This document shows positions 40,380-53,900 of a DNA stretch of 64,000 nt, one piece after another. The stretch is from Camelus dromedarius (taxonomy: Eukaryota): assembly GCF_036321535.1 (NCBI RefSeq), contig NC_087437.1, positions 85,128,001 through 85,192,000 on the forward strand. Direction: 5' to 3'. Made by a program: the position numbers and the translations under genes. Below the pieces are notes generated by a model. It did no database searches, was not told the DNA's origin, and worked only from the letters and a program-made list of their open reading frames with translations. Numbering within the stretch: position 1 is the stretch's first letter; every line of letters begins with the position of its first letter.

Positions 40380-42369
40380 TTTCCACTAAAATCTTGATTA
40401 TGAAACTAAGTTTAGCAACTAGACATAAGAAAATCTGGCTGAAGTCCTTGCAGAAGAAATAGAGCTTCACAGATGTAGGCATTGATTACCTATCCATTTT
40501 CATGTTTCTAGTGATTATGTAGTTTGTGTTGTGTGTACCTGATACATAACATAATATGATAAGATATGTTTGTTCATTGCATCTATGAGCAGTAACCGAA
40601 CTCACAGAAATTGACATCACATATAGGAAATTAGAAGTTGACTTTATTGAGAAAATGATGAGGAGATTGCCATACCTGATGGCTCTTCTGCCTTACTGTT
40701 CATGAAGGTATCTGAGCTTGGTGATTATATGTAACTGACCATAATAGGAAATCATTTTATGTCACAAGAACTTTTGAAGTTGTTGCATTATAGGCACATT
40801 ATATACATTATCCAAAGATCAGCCTGCTTAATCCATACCTTTTTAAATGTATGAAGAAGAGGAATCCTGAATATTACTTGTTGGGCTTCAGTTGTACTCT
40901 CTTGAAGAAGTCATTATAGAATTATAATGAATATTTCGCTTAAGTTAATATTCCATATTTTTCCCAGCACAGGTATCCTGGTCTTTACGGGAATGGGAAA
41001 TATTCCTTATGTATAGCTTTCCTTATAATCAAAATAAAATATTAAACATTAGGGCGTGTTCAGATATAACCAATAGAACTTTGTTATTAGCGCCATCTGA
41101 TATTTGCTGTTATATTTTGATTATTTCACTATTTCCCCAGAAATTTCATACGTATCATAAAATCATTCTCTAGGAGACTGCAGAAAATATATACATTCTT
41201 AAACTGAAAAAGAAATATTTTAGGCTTGGGGAAAATTAAGCTAGGATATACATTCCTGCTTACATGAAAATTTTACATTTTAAAATCTAGGCAAATAGTA
41301 CATCATCTAACTCACTTTGTTACACTAGTAAATCAATTGCTTGAGAAAGAGACTTCTCAGTGTAAGCAAATCTCTTAGCACTTCATCATACCTGTGATGA
41401 AGATACTATGAGAAAATGTATAAAAACACATACTGAGTAATATTTACATTTATTGTATTATTAAATTATGTATTTCATTAAACCTATATTATAAAATGTT
41501 TTTGGTTGTGCTTTAGAAAAGTAAAAATATTCATGTCTATAATTTTTGAACAGGAATTATATGCATGATCATTTTTGCTTATAGAACAATAATTCTTTGA
41601 GATACCACATGAACAAAAACAAAAGATACAATCAAAAATAAAACTTTAAAGCAGACTTTCTCTAGAACTTAAAATTTTTAGGAGAAAGTAACATAATTTT
41701 CTCTTTTATTCCACATGGCACAAACACCCTGACCTAGATGGTAAAATAAGATGCTTTGTGCTTTTCTAGAGAAAGATGATTAAAATAAAATCAACCTAAG
41801 TAAACCCAACATCCTTTTAGGAGTAATACATGAGCAATATGTTCTGTAAATAAAGAAATATTAAAAAGAGTATGAAAGAAACTTTGAAAGTATAAAGAAA
41901 AAAAGCAAAAAATTGAAAAATAGGTTAATACGATTGCCAAAAAGCTTGAAAACTTGTTTTTACAACAGCAATGCATGGTGAATTCAGGAGTGAAATTACA
42001 CATCAATAGATATATTTACTGTGAGTGAGATATGTTATGTAAAGGTTCTTGATCTTTAAAAAGATATGTTGATATTTTTCTATGCAAAACAAAACAATAA
42101 TTTATATGGAACACAAATGAAAAAAAGTAATTTTTTTCACATTAAATAGTAAGGCTAGCAATTTTTTCTGTAAAAGGTATGAATATGTATATATATATAT
42201 ATATAGTGAAATAGATACAAGGGGAGAGTGTAAAAGAAACTACACATTAACGTATACTATCTATACACACTCATCTGGCTTATCGCTTTCCTCATATTTT
42301 CTGAATGTATATAAATAGTACAGATCCTACTATGTGGTAGTATACAAGAATTTAAATTAATTTCTTTCA

Positions 42370-42920
42370 GTCCACTCTCCCCTGTCTACCACAGTGCTTT
42401 TCCTAATAAGCAAATGCAATATCATCCCTCCCATAAAATTCATCAGTGATGCTCCATTGGCTCGGAATAAAAGCCATAGTATTTAGAAAGTTGTAGAAGG
42501 CCTTTTATTTCAGACCCCTGTTTAAAACTGCTGAGCTAATTTATTGTCATGCATACATAAGTATTCATATACAGAGATATATATGATCATATATTTACAG
42601 TCCACAAAATATATTTTCACACTTACTAATCTTTACCTATCCTTCTCTCTGTTGCTCATGTAATATGTACTTTAAGAATCATCTTGATGGTCAATTTTGG
42701 GGGGAAATTTTGCCATTGACTACAGCATAATTGCCCTATTTGTTCAATTAATTCTCTATTCATAGCTTTGGCCAAGTACTATCATACTATTTTGTGATTA
42801 ATTTACTTTTCTTCCAACTCTGTGAAAAATAGGAATCGTGTGTTGTATGTCTTATTTAATATTCCAGTGTCAGAAACAGCAGAGATACTCTATGTGAACA
42901 ATGTGAATTTATATTTATTG
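42370..42920 (+). mobile_element. L2 fragment
   Basis: catcagtgatgctccattggctcggaataaaagcc...tacctatccttc L2-like motifs; a MIR-like piece follows (ttacagataaaggaaa). Confidence 0.5.
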
Positions 42921-43787
42921 AATTTCTTAATTTACTCCTCACAACACCTATAAGTCTGGTTATTATCACCGTAACTTTACAGATAAAGGAAATATTTATT
43001 CAGGTTTACATTAATAATTGGAGTTACTGAGATTAATGGACTCAGTTTCTGATAATTCTAAAATTATTTTTATGTTATATCACATTGCTAAATTAATGTG
43101 ACTGAATGAAATTTAGCAACTTATTTTACTCTTTATTTTATTATATCAATGAATACAATTGCTTCACTGAAAAACAGACTTTCAAAGGAAATACTTGAGA
43201 AGTAACTCTTCCATATTTCTCTAAACTGTATGCTGTTGCAAAATCATGGAACATCTCAGGTAAGGCAAAACCATAGTCATGGTTAGAGGCAGTAAATCAA
43301 GGTTGATCCACTTATCTATCTTTGATTTATGATGGATGAGCTCTTTTTCCATGGATGTTTGAGCAAAGCTGTTTCACTCACCCACAGATGATTTATTTTG
43401 GGTGATCCACTTGTCCAATGAAGATTTATTACAGAGGATCCAGTATCCAGTGTGACTAAATATGTGCAGTTGGCTTGTCCAGAAGTAAGCAAGGAAAACC
43501 GAGACACACATGCACATCTAATCCTAACCTGAAATCACTGAACCTAAGTAAAATCAGAAAAGTAAGGTCATATATTGTGAAATTATAGGTAGCCCCTCTG
43601 CAATATATATTTTCATACTATGTTAGTCTGTCATAATGAAAGTATACAATTATTAAAGTAGTTTTCAATATTAGTGGGATAAAGTATTATTTTAAATAAA
43701 ATATTGAAGAAGTGATGTTCTTATTGATATTCAGAAATTTATAAGTAGCTTTTATAATGTCTGATTAAGAATTGTGGAAACTGTACA

Positions 43788-44875
43788 CACAAAAAAACCT
43801 ATGGAGTTGGAGGAAATATTTGAAATGATGCAACTGATAAGGGCTTAACTTCCAGAATATACAAACAGCTCATATTACTTAATAACAAAAAAAACAAACA
43901 ACCCAATCCAAAAATGGGCAGATGACCTAAACAAGCATTTCTCCAATGAAGACATACAAATGGCCAATAGGCACGTGAAAAAGTGCTCAGTATCACTCAT
44001 TATCAGAGAAATGTAAATGCAAAATTACAATGAAATATCACCTCACGCCAGTCAGAATGGCCATCATAAAAATGTCCACAAATGACAAATGCTGAAGAGG
44101 GTGTGGAGAAAGGGTAACCCTACTACACTGTTGTTGGGAGTGTAGTTTGGTGCAGCCATTATGGAAAACAGTATGGAAGTTCCATAAAAAATCTAAAAAT
44201 AGATTTACCATATAATCCATCAATCCCACTCCTAGGCATATATCTGGAGGAAACTCTAACTCGAAAAGGTACATACACCACAATGTTCATAGCATGATTT
44301 ACAATAGCCAAGACATGGAAGCAACCTAAGTGTCTATCAACAGATAATTGGATAAAAAAGTTGTGGTACACACACACACACACAGGAATACTGCTCAGCC
44401 ATAAAAAAGACTAAAATAATGCCATTTGCAGCAATATGGATTGACCTGGAGATTGTCATAGTAAGTGAAATAAGTCATAAAGAGGAAGAAAAATACCATA
44501 TGATAATCACTTATATGTGGAATCTAAAACATGACACAAATGAACTTACTTACAAAACATAAACAGGCTCACAGACATAGAAAACAAACTTATGGTTATC
44601 AGGGAGGAAGAGGGGGTAGAGGGATAAATTAAGAGTTCAGGATTTGCAGATGCTGATTACTATATAAAAAATAGACAAAACAATTTTCTACTGTATAGCA
44701 CAGGGAACTATATTCAATATCTTGTAATAACTTGTAATGAAAAAGAACATGAAAAGGAATATATATGTGTGTATGTGTATATATACAAATCTATAACTGA
44801 AACACTATGTTGTGCATCAGAAATTAACAACATAGTAAACTGACTATACTTCAATTAAAAGAAAGTCAAAAAAAT
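43788..44875 (+). mobile_element. 5'-truncated L1 (ORF2 C-terminus and 3'UTR)
   Basis: aaacaacccaatccaaaaatgggcagatgacctaaac...atgccatttgcagcaatatgg...gactatacttcaattaaaa with an A-rich tail. Confidence 0.95.
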
Positions 44876-46207
44876 TATGTGAATTATGTCTATTCAGTAT
44901 GTGAACCAGTGATGATTTCAATAAACATGTTTTTAAGCTTAGGAAAAATTACGTTTTAATTGTATCTGTTTTTTTTTTTTTTAACAGAATCAAAGGATTG
45001 ATTCTTGTTACTTGTCATTTTTTACAGTTGCTGTATATTTTCTTTTTCCAACAAGCTCACACCTGTATTTACCTTTTGATATATTTTTTCTCTGATACAC
45101 ATATCTTCCACTTCTCCATTTAGAATTTTGTTCAATTTTTGATGACATCATTTTCTCACCACAATTTTAAATTCATTTAGAATCATTTTGTTCCCTTTAA
45201 AGATAATTCTATTCTGAATATTTCCCTCATATATTTAGGCCATTAAAGTTGAGGCATATCCATTGATAACTACTATAAAAATTGAGGAAAAAGTGGATTA
45301 TTCACTCATCCACTAGCAATGGTCAACAGTGGAACTTAGCTCATCAAGGATGATTTCATAAGATGATGGCATAAGATCAAAAACTTAAATCAGTACAGAT
45401 TGTTTCTCTCCTTTCCCTTTGTCTTCCTGACCTCTTTACCTGTCTAACATGAGAAGATACCAGCTGAGGCTAGTACCATTTCACTGCGGAATATTGCTAA
45501 TTGCTCCAGTGACTTACATTTGCCTGGAAGACTGCAGTTGGAGTCATGTTTTATTATAATTTCTTCTCAAGGTTCAATGTTATGCTAATCTATCTTCAGT
45601 TCCTGTATCTACATATGTATCTACATATGTATCTCATCTATGTATCTGTATCCACAGTTATATCTGACATCTATCGATCTATCCATAGAGCTTTCTATAA
45701 ATTTTCCTTGTAAAACATAGTATAATTTCTTTTTAGGTTTCAGGAACTCATTGACTTTTCATAGTTCCTCAAAATTGTTGTTGGTAACTGCAGAAAAAAA
45801 TTACTGACTCCTTAAATATCTTAATATTTGTTGAATTTGTTCTAATTTTTCTAGAATTTTAATATTATAATTTTCTTTATGTATGTTTTTCCTTCAGTAT
45901 TTCCATTATAGTTCACTGGAGGTAAGACAATGTTGTATCTCCTAACCTTTAAACAACAGATTCATAACAGAAAGGAAGAATGTTAACCTCTGCTTTTATA
46001 CTTTTCTGCATGGTGTATTTCTTTTTAATTAGTACAAAGAAAAAAAAATTGGCTATTAGAAAAAAAAAAGTTTTGTTTCTATTTTCATGTGGTAGCTACA
46101 ATTCTTTCCTAATTGTGCCACTATACTGAATCCATGCTTTCAAGAAACAAATGTCCCAGGATTTTGTTTTGATACAGCTCTTAGAAATACTATTTACTGT
46201 GAGTCCA

Positions 46208-46850
46208 TTTTCTTTTTTAAAATTAATATTCTTTCATTTTTAGAGCAATGTTAAGTTTACAGAAAAAAATGAATGGGAACTATAGAATTCCTGTGTATTT
46301 CCTGTCCCTACAAACATACAGCCTCCCCCACTCTCAGCATGCTACACCAGAGTGGTACCTTTGTTACAATTGATGCACCTACATTGAGGCGTTGTTATCA
46401 TCAAAAGTTCATAGTTTATGTGAAAGTTCACTCTTGGTGCTGTACAGTCTGTAAGTTTTGACAAATGTGTAATGACCATTACAATATCACACAGAACAGT
46501 TTCATTGTCTTAAAAATCCCCTGTGCCTCACCTATCATCTCTTTTTCCCTTGCCTCAAACCCCTTTACTGCCTCCACAGTTTTGCTCTTTCCAGAATGTC
46601 ATATAGTTGGAATCACACAGCATACAGATTTTTCAAATTAAGTTCTTTGAGGTATCATTATGCTTTTAAAGTTCCTCAATGGTTTTGTAGTAGCTCATTC
46701 TTCTCTCTCTTTTCTGTGTGTTTTTAAGACTTTGTTTTAGAACAGTCTTGGGCGCAACAAAACTGAGGAGAAGGTACAGAGACCTCCCATATACCCGCTG
46801 CCCTGGTAGTTTGTTACAACTGATGAACCTACTTTGACACATTGTAATTA
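46208..46850 (-). mobile_element. L1MC/MD-like 3'UTR
   Basis: tttagagcaatgttaagtttacag...tttgttacaattgatgcacctacattga; the motif recurs at 46730-46845, as in these L1 3' ends. Confidence 0.8.
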
Positions 46851-46854
46851 TATT

Positions 46855-46967
46855 AATTCAAATGCTAATCGCTTCTAGAGACACAGTCACACCCAGAAAT
46901 TATGTTTTATCAGCTGTCTGGGCATACCTTAGTCCAGTCAAATCGACCCATAAAATTCAACCTCACA
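46855..46967 (-). mobile_element. MLT2-like (ERVL) LTR 5' fragment
   Basis: Reverse reads tgtgagg...ttttatgggtcgatttgactggactaagg...atttctgggtgtg...attagcatttgaa. Confidence 0.65.
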
Positions 46968-48949
46968 GTGTTCTGAGAAAAGAGTCCTTGACTTGAATTT
47001 TGGCCGTATGTAAATGGCTTGCTTTTTTCTACCTATGAACGTGGCTATGTGAGGGGGTGTTGGCAGGCATAATTGCATTATCTTATAATCATGAGGGGAC
47101 TTTCAAAATGGTGATAATGGCTAAGCACAGATACGGAAAGTAATTTGGGGATTTGATGATTTAACAGTGTTCCTGGTTTACCGATCTTTGAAAACATATG
47201 ACCTCCATATTTCTTGTCATGTAAGATAATAATTATCTTCCTGTACGTTTAAGTTGCATCTAAAAAAAATCCAACTAATTCAAATATCCACCTATAAGGT
47301 AATGGAGAAATGAAATATAGTTTATCCTCACGAAACTTTTGTTTAGTTAAAAAATTTAATAGAATACCTGTCTACTAATAAGGATAGGTCATTTAGTTTA
47401 TGAATAAAAAAACAGAGTTTATGATACATTTTTATAAAGACACACCACATACATCAATAATGCATGTCTCCTAAGGAGCACATGTATATAAAATACATTT
47501 TATGTGCATGCAATATATGATGTGTGTTGGATGGCCTAGGAAATTATTTGGAGGAGCAGACAACAAGAGGAATTGGCAGTATGTTTAGAAAATGTGGTGG
47601 AGGTTGGGATGAGAGTTGTTCAAGGTTGCCGTACTAGTGACCTGTCACTTAGAAAATATTTAAGTTTAGAACATATTAAGGTAAAATGGCAATATTAAAA
47701 TAATGACAGAAAAATAAAGAAATTTTAAATACACTGAATAGAAAAGATAAAAAGTATGAAAACTCTTCATGTTAACTTTGCAGAAAATACATGGAAAGCA
47801 GATGGTAGACCATAGAATACTTAGGACAGAAAATAAGGTAGGAAGAGAATCTTCTTTCTGTGCCAGTGAAGCGAATGTTTCTAATCATCTCCATAGAGAT
47901 TTGACAGTACATCCTGTTTGAGTTATCAGAAAAGGCAAACCGGCCTGACTCTCAGGGATCCATCAATCTCTGTCCATCATTAGCCTTTTATTTGATAGTT
48001 CAACCTAAAATACCCTCAGCTATATTTATCTTTAATAGTTGAAAAGTTCAGGGTTAACATAAGAGATAAGATAGTACTATAATGATTTAGGTACCATTTA
48101 ATACACAAAAGCATCAATTTACCGAATGGTAGCCCAGAGGCCTAAAAAATTAATATGTTTTCTAAAAGTGCCAAAATTAATCCCAGGGTGTAGTTAATAA
48201 ATTTCAAGTCACAATTTCAATGAACCCATAAACTGTGGAAGGAAGGAATTTTTGTTAACAAATTTAGTGGAGAGAACTTTTGTTATATCTTGTTAAATGT
48301 TAAATCATTTTTAAACATTAATTGTTACAGTTTTATTAGAATTTTATTTCTTGGCAGATTTTTTTAAGTTAATAATTTGTTGAAACTATTTAAGTTGTGG
48401 GCAAAAAATGAATCATTATAGTCTCATGCTCATGGTAGCCTTACAGTCTAGAATGAGTCCCTGCAGCTCAATTAAGAGTTATTTTAGAATTATTTAATGG
48501 CATATGAATTCTGCTACAACTTTCTGGAAACTGCAAAGGTAATTGATTGAAAGCTGCATGTTGCAATTGGTTTGATTTGTGCTAGGCAAAGAGACAAAGT
48601 CTTGTCAGTATAAAATAAAACATATATAATTTTAAAACACATCTATAGTAATGAAAGAGGTGTGCCTAATTATTCATACAACACAAATTAATACAGTCCT
48701 CATATTTAACAACCCTGTTGTGTAATTGGTGATATATAGACACTGCTCTGATTATTTTCATTTTAGAATTTTCTGTGCATCACAATTATCCCAACTGTAC
48801 TTTTTAAAAAATGAATTATAGAGGCTCTGTAAAATATCAGTAGCCTGCAATGTAAATTTATATGGTAGCTTCTATTTATATGCTTGGATTTGGTAAACCA
48901 GTTATGGGGTGGATCTAGTTCTTTTCCCAGAACATACTCTCCATAGAAG

Positions 48950-49229
48950 GGGTAATATCAACTCTCCATCCTACCAGCCTCCCTTGAAGATCTTGGACTT
49001 GTCAGCCTCAACAATGAATCAACTCCTTTAAAAAAATCTTTCCATTTCCCTTTCCCTTTCCTTTTTCCTCTCTCTCTCTCTCTCTCATAATACATATATG
49101 TGTATGTATATGTAAAAGAGATTTTACATTATATATATTGCATTTTATATTTATAATGTAGACTCTATGTAATTACATGGAAACAGCCTCTTATTGGTTC
49201 TGTTTCTCTGGAGAGTCATGATGAATACA
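48950..49229 (+). mobile_element. MLT2-like LTR 3' fragment with internal microsatellites
   Basis: agatcttggacttgtcagcctc...(TC)n...tattggttctgtttctctggagag...aataca. Confidence 0.7.
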
Positions 49230-49587
49230 GAATCCCCTGTTGCAGAGTCTTCCAAAGTTTTAGAATAAGATGCAAACTCCTTATCATGATACATACAACC
49301 TTTTATTTTATTTCTAATGATACATTCGACTTTCTGTGCCTATTTGCTCATCACACATATTTAAAGGTACCATGCTAATTAATTTGCCATTTCTTGATAC
49401 CCTATGATATTATATTTCATTGTTGATTCACTTTATTCACTTTTTTTGTCATTCATTTATACATACAAAACATAGCTTTGAGGAACAGCTATTTGCTAGA
49501 AACTAAACTGATCACAAAGCTCAGGAAAGTAAGCCTCACTTATTATCCATGTGCCAAACAGAAGGAATACATTCTACCACTTGCGGT

Positions 49588-49832
49588 CAGACCTGCGCAA
49601 CATGAGAATCATTAGCCTCATGTGTCTCATAAGCATTTGGAATGTGTCTGGTATGAACTGAAATGTGCTGTGATTGTAAAATACACACTGGGCTTCAAAA
49701 CTTAGTAATTTAATTAAAATTTATTAATTTATCTCACTATTTACTTTTACTCTTAACGTGGCCATTGAAAAGTGTAAAGTTACGTATGTGACTTGTGTTT
49801 TTGACTCCTCTGACTTCTGTTGAGTGGTGCTA
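49588..49832. mobile_element. MER33-like hAT-Charlie element
   Basis: aactgaaatgtgctgtgattgtaaaatacacactgg...gttacgtatgtgacttg. Confidence 0.75.
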
Positions 49833-50249
49833 GGCTAGACCTTCATCTCTTCTCCATCATCCACACCTCCTTTCCCAGACATTATATGAGACTTATTTAA
49901 TTGTGTTATTTCATCTATATAGCAATAATTATTATATTATAATTTTTAAAATATATTCTAAATTCCCTTTTGGCAAAAATTATTGCTTGCATGTACTTAG
50001 CAAGTAGTAAATACCCAAGACATTTTTGCCAAATTAATCTTGTTAATGATTAAAACAGGGCATATTTCACATACAAGTGATAAAGGGATCTTGCAGAAAA
50101 TGTTGCAAATCAGTTTATTTTCCTAGTTGATGCAACCATTTCCGTATCTGAATTCTCTTCCTTTCTAATATCTAAGAAGTCCTTATTCTGTGTATTCTTC
50201 AGTAGTCTGAATGTTTGGAGATTCATTCCTGGAGAACAACTCATACTAA

Positions 50250-50970
50250 ATTAATTTCAATTTCATTGATTCTGCAATCATGTAAAGCACCTACTACATG
50301 TAAGGCTCTATCTTAAGTGTTGGAAGTAAGACAGGGAGAAAATATCCCTGCTCTCCTGGACTTAAGTTCTAGATATAGTATATAGGTAAGGCCAAGAAAA
50401 CAAATAATTGACACAAAGTGCTTCCAAGACAATAAAATAAGGAAACAGCTTTAGATTTTGTGATTAGGGAAGGGATTTCTAATGAGTTGAGTTTTGGGCT
50501 GAGGACTCTTGTGTTAGGATGAAATAGATAAGCAGTGATGTGGGTGAAGAGAAGTATAGATGGATAAAATGTCAGTTGTAGGGGTCCTAAATCATGAGTA
50601 GTCTTGGCAGTTTGAGAAACAGCAAGGAAATCAGTATGGCTGAAGTGAAGTAGGTGGGAGTGAGTAGAAAATAAAGTCAGATGAGTGGGCAGTCCCAGTT
50701 TACGTGCAGCCTTATATACAAGGTAAGCAGTTTGAATTATTTTGCAAGAGCAATGGAAAGACGTGGGAGTGTTTGGTACACGCAGGATATGACTGGTGTA
50801 CATTTTAAATATATCACTGTATTGCATAAAAAATGGATTTTAATGCAATGGATTGGTTTGTTAGAATTAGAGGGACCATTTAGGAAGATATTTTAGCAAA
50901 ACAAGTGAAAGATCATCTGATGTCCTGGAAAAAGAAGTTTGCAGTGGAGATGGAAAGCAGTGATTGTGGT
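50250..50970 (-). mobile_element. L2 3' fragment
   Basis: agcacctactacatgtaaggctct...tccctgctctcctggactta...cagcaaggaaatcagtatggctgaag. Confidence 0.75.
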
Positions 50971-53900
50971 GTGTACATCATTTTAATCTTTGCTCTACAT
51001 CTAGTATGTGACACATGGTAACCAATGATAGCTATTTTTTGTTGAGTGTGTATACAGTGTTCCCATTTAAATCACTTTATATATTACTTATATTCATCTT
51101 TAATCACTTTATTAGGCAAGTACTCTCTTTTGTTTTTTAGCAGAAGGATATATTGAGTCTAAGAAAGTTTAATTAGTTATTTTCCTAACATCAAGTTGTA
51201 AAGGCATTGGGATAGAATTCTTCAGGAAATCTGGAGTTTCAAATTTCAGATAGCACCACTGCTGTCACCAGTCTTTTGCCAAAGAACTTATTGGATGAAC
51301 AAATTTAAGTCTTAAGAAGCATATTTTAAATTTATATGCTGTGATTTACATATGGAGAAAGGCAACTTCACACATTTTGTACATGGCTTGGAGGACAGGA
51401 GGTGCTATCTAAGATTTCTCTCATCTGCACCATGCAATGCCACTGTCTCTGCTTTTGGACCTGCCTTGTGTTGCTATAGGATTCCTGGTGAATCATTTAA
51501 GTTCTCACAATTAAAGGAGCCAGTAGACACAATCTCCCTCAAGTTTCAAATTCTCTTTCAAAATATCTCAGGGTTCTATGTTTTCACAACAGGACTTTCT
51601 CTTTCCTTGAGCAAGATTCTAGATGGTTGGTTTCCTTGGTCCCTTCTCTGAATTTAACATATTTTTAGTGCATTCCTAAAGCTTCTAAGTTGCTTCAGAG
51701 TCTCCCATCCCCACACCAAGCAAAAGAACTTCTGTATTCCATATGGCAGGAGCTTTCTGTATGTCATACCCATGACTACTCTATGAGTAAATAAGCTTTC
51801 TGAATCCTCCACTGTTTGGCATGTTGAAATATATTAGTGTTTCCTTCCCTGCTTACACCTAAGACATCTTTCAAAAATTCCCTGTATTTTTTTCAAATTT
51901 ATTTATTTCTGTATTTATTTATTCAATAAGTAAAAACTGAACAATGGTGTATTTTTTTTCTCAGCTGAAGTAATATGTTCCTTATCTTAATGGCTTAATA
52001 GCTTGAGCAGCGCCGAGCAAAGTAATAGTGGTCATGAAATAGTAGTAGTAGTAGTAATAATAATAATAATAGCAAATACTTTGAATTTAAAAAGCAGTGG
52101 ACAATGTTTCAAAAACCTTCTACATGTGTGAGCTGAGTTCTGTGCCTCTCTTTGACTATCTTGCTTTCTTTCTAAGTATTAGGGGATCAATGATTCTGTG
52201 TTCATTTGTACTTGAAGTTTTCCCTAAGCTTTTTATTTGTTGTAATTACTATTTGTTTAAAACAGCTTGCTCCACCAGTTCAGAAAAAGTGGTATGCTGA
52301 ATGTTGGGAAACAGTATTCATTTCCTGAGAGTCAGTACTTGGGTGGTGGAAATAACCTGCCTCTCCATGAGTTATATCAAAGTCACTGCTTTAGGGTCAG
52401 GATGGAAGTACCAATAATATTAATGCCTGGTAGCCAGGAAGGAAGATTACCTGGTCTTGATGCTCTTCCCAATGAATAATCCTTAAAGGTGATCATGGAC
52501 TCTCTCCAGCTTTTCCTACAGGTTGACTCTAAGGTTGGCACATCTTCATGGTTACTTGCAGTCATCTTGCTGTGTAGCTTCTTCCAGATTTAGTTCTACG
52601 TAAAACTCTTCCCATCAGTCCATTCTATTAGCGATGACCCAAAACAATAATTTCCTGGTGATATTTTGTCATTTTTCTAGTAGTACAGTAGATTTAATCA
52701 TTTTGAAATTTTTTGCTTTTTTTTTTTTTTTGGCAAATGAAATTAGGGAAGGGAGGCGAAAAAAGGTATTTGTTTCCATTTTTCTATCTTGATCCATTCT
52801 CAAATGATTTTTTTTATTTCCCAAATCACAAACATGTAATTTTCTATTACACCATGGTAATAACAAAATTTATTAATACATCATACAAAGATCTTAGGAG
52901 TTTTCTTCCATGTTAGCTTAAACTTTTGTCAGTCGCAACTCTCCATCCTATGTTAGTCACAGTGCACTAAAGTGTTTATATTTTTTAAATCACTGTGCTT
53001 CTCATCTTTCAGAGCTGTAATTTTGCCTTCTCTTTGCCTGGCTTAAATTCTCTCAAGATTCATGGCACAACTATAATGTCAATCTGACATTATAAGATGA
53101 ATTCTTTGACTTTTCTCTCAACCTAACAAGATGCCTTCTCTATGCAGTTTTAACATATCAGGCACATATCCATTTCGAAGCTTGTTATTACATTATGTTG
53201 TAATTTTTCACATAAATGTCTCCTTGCTAGGCTGTTAGCTCTTTAAACTAAGGCTATACTTTAGTTGTCATCATAGTTTCAGTGCCTAGAGTCTTACAAT
53301 CTGTGTGCTAAAACATTACTGAATTATTCAGTGAGCCATGGCATAATAATGAAATATTGCATATATTTTAATAATATCAACACAGGAGGTTATAATAACA
53401 ATATCTCGGTAACAACTGATTTCAGAAACACTGAATCATACAGAAATTAATCACAGAAACTTCACTTTAGGTCAGTCTCCACTTTTGGTTTTCTTTGTAG
53501 AGATAGAGAATGACTTTTGATGAAAAACAAAAAGGATAATTAAATCATTCTTAATGAGTTATCTTCACTGATTAGAACAGCCTAGACATCTTTCATCTTG
53601 GTGCGTAAATTTCCTAAAATTTAATCATCTTATATTTCTTCCCTGGAATATCTTTGAATTTTCTTCCTCTTGTCAAATGCTTTATATGCATCTTGTTAAA
53701 ACTAAAGAAAAGCAACCACATTTTTTTTAAGATTTAAAATATTACCCAATAACATAAATCATATTTTCACTGATAAAGATCACATTTTCTATTTTCTAAA
53801 TGGCTAAATATGATTTTCCCCTAATCAACTCTATTTACAATTTAGTATTGGAATGTGTTTTCTATACTTACTAAAGTTTTGAATTTCTCATTTGCCAGCT

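Noticed and set aside
40628..40707. Possible coding exon ending ATGAAG|GTATCT
   Set aside because: No good acceptor, stops in the candidate frames, and no recognisable peptide.
50369..50827. Longest ORF in the track (152 aa)
   Set aside because: Lies within a decayed L2 non-coding 3' region; no recognisable domain.
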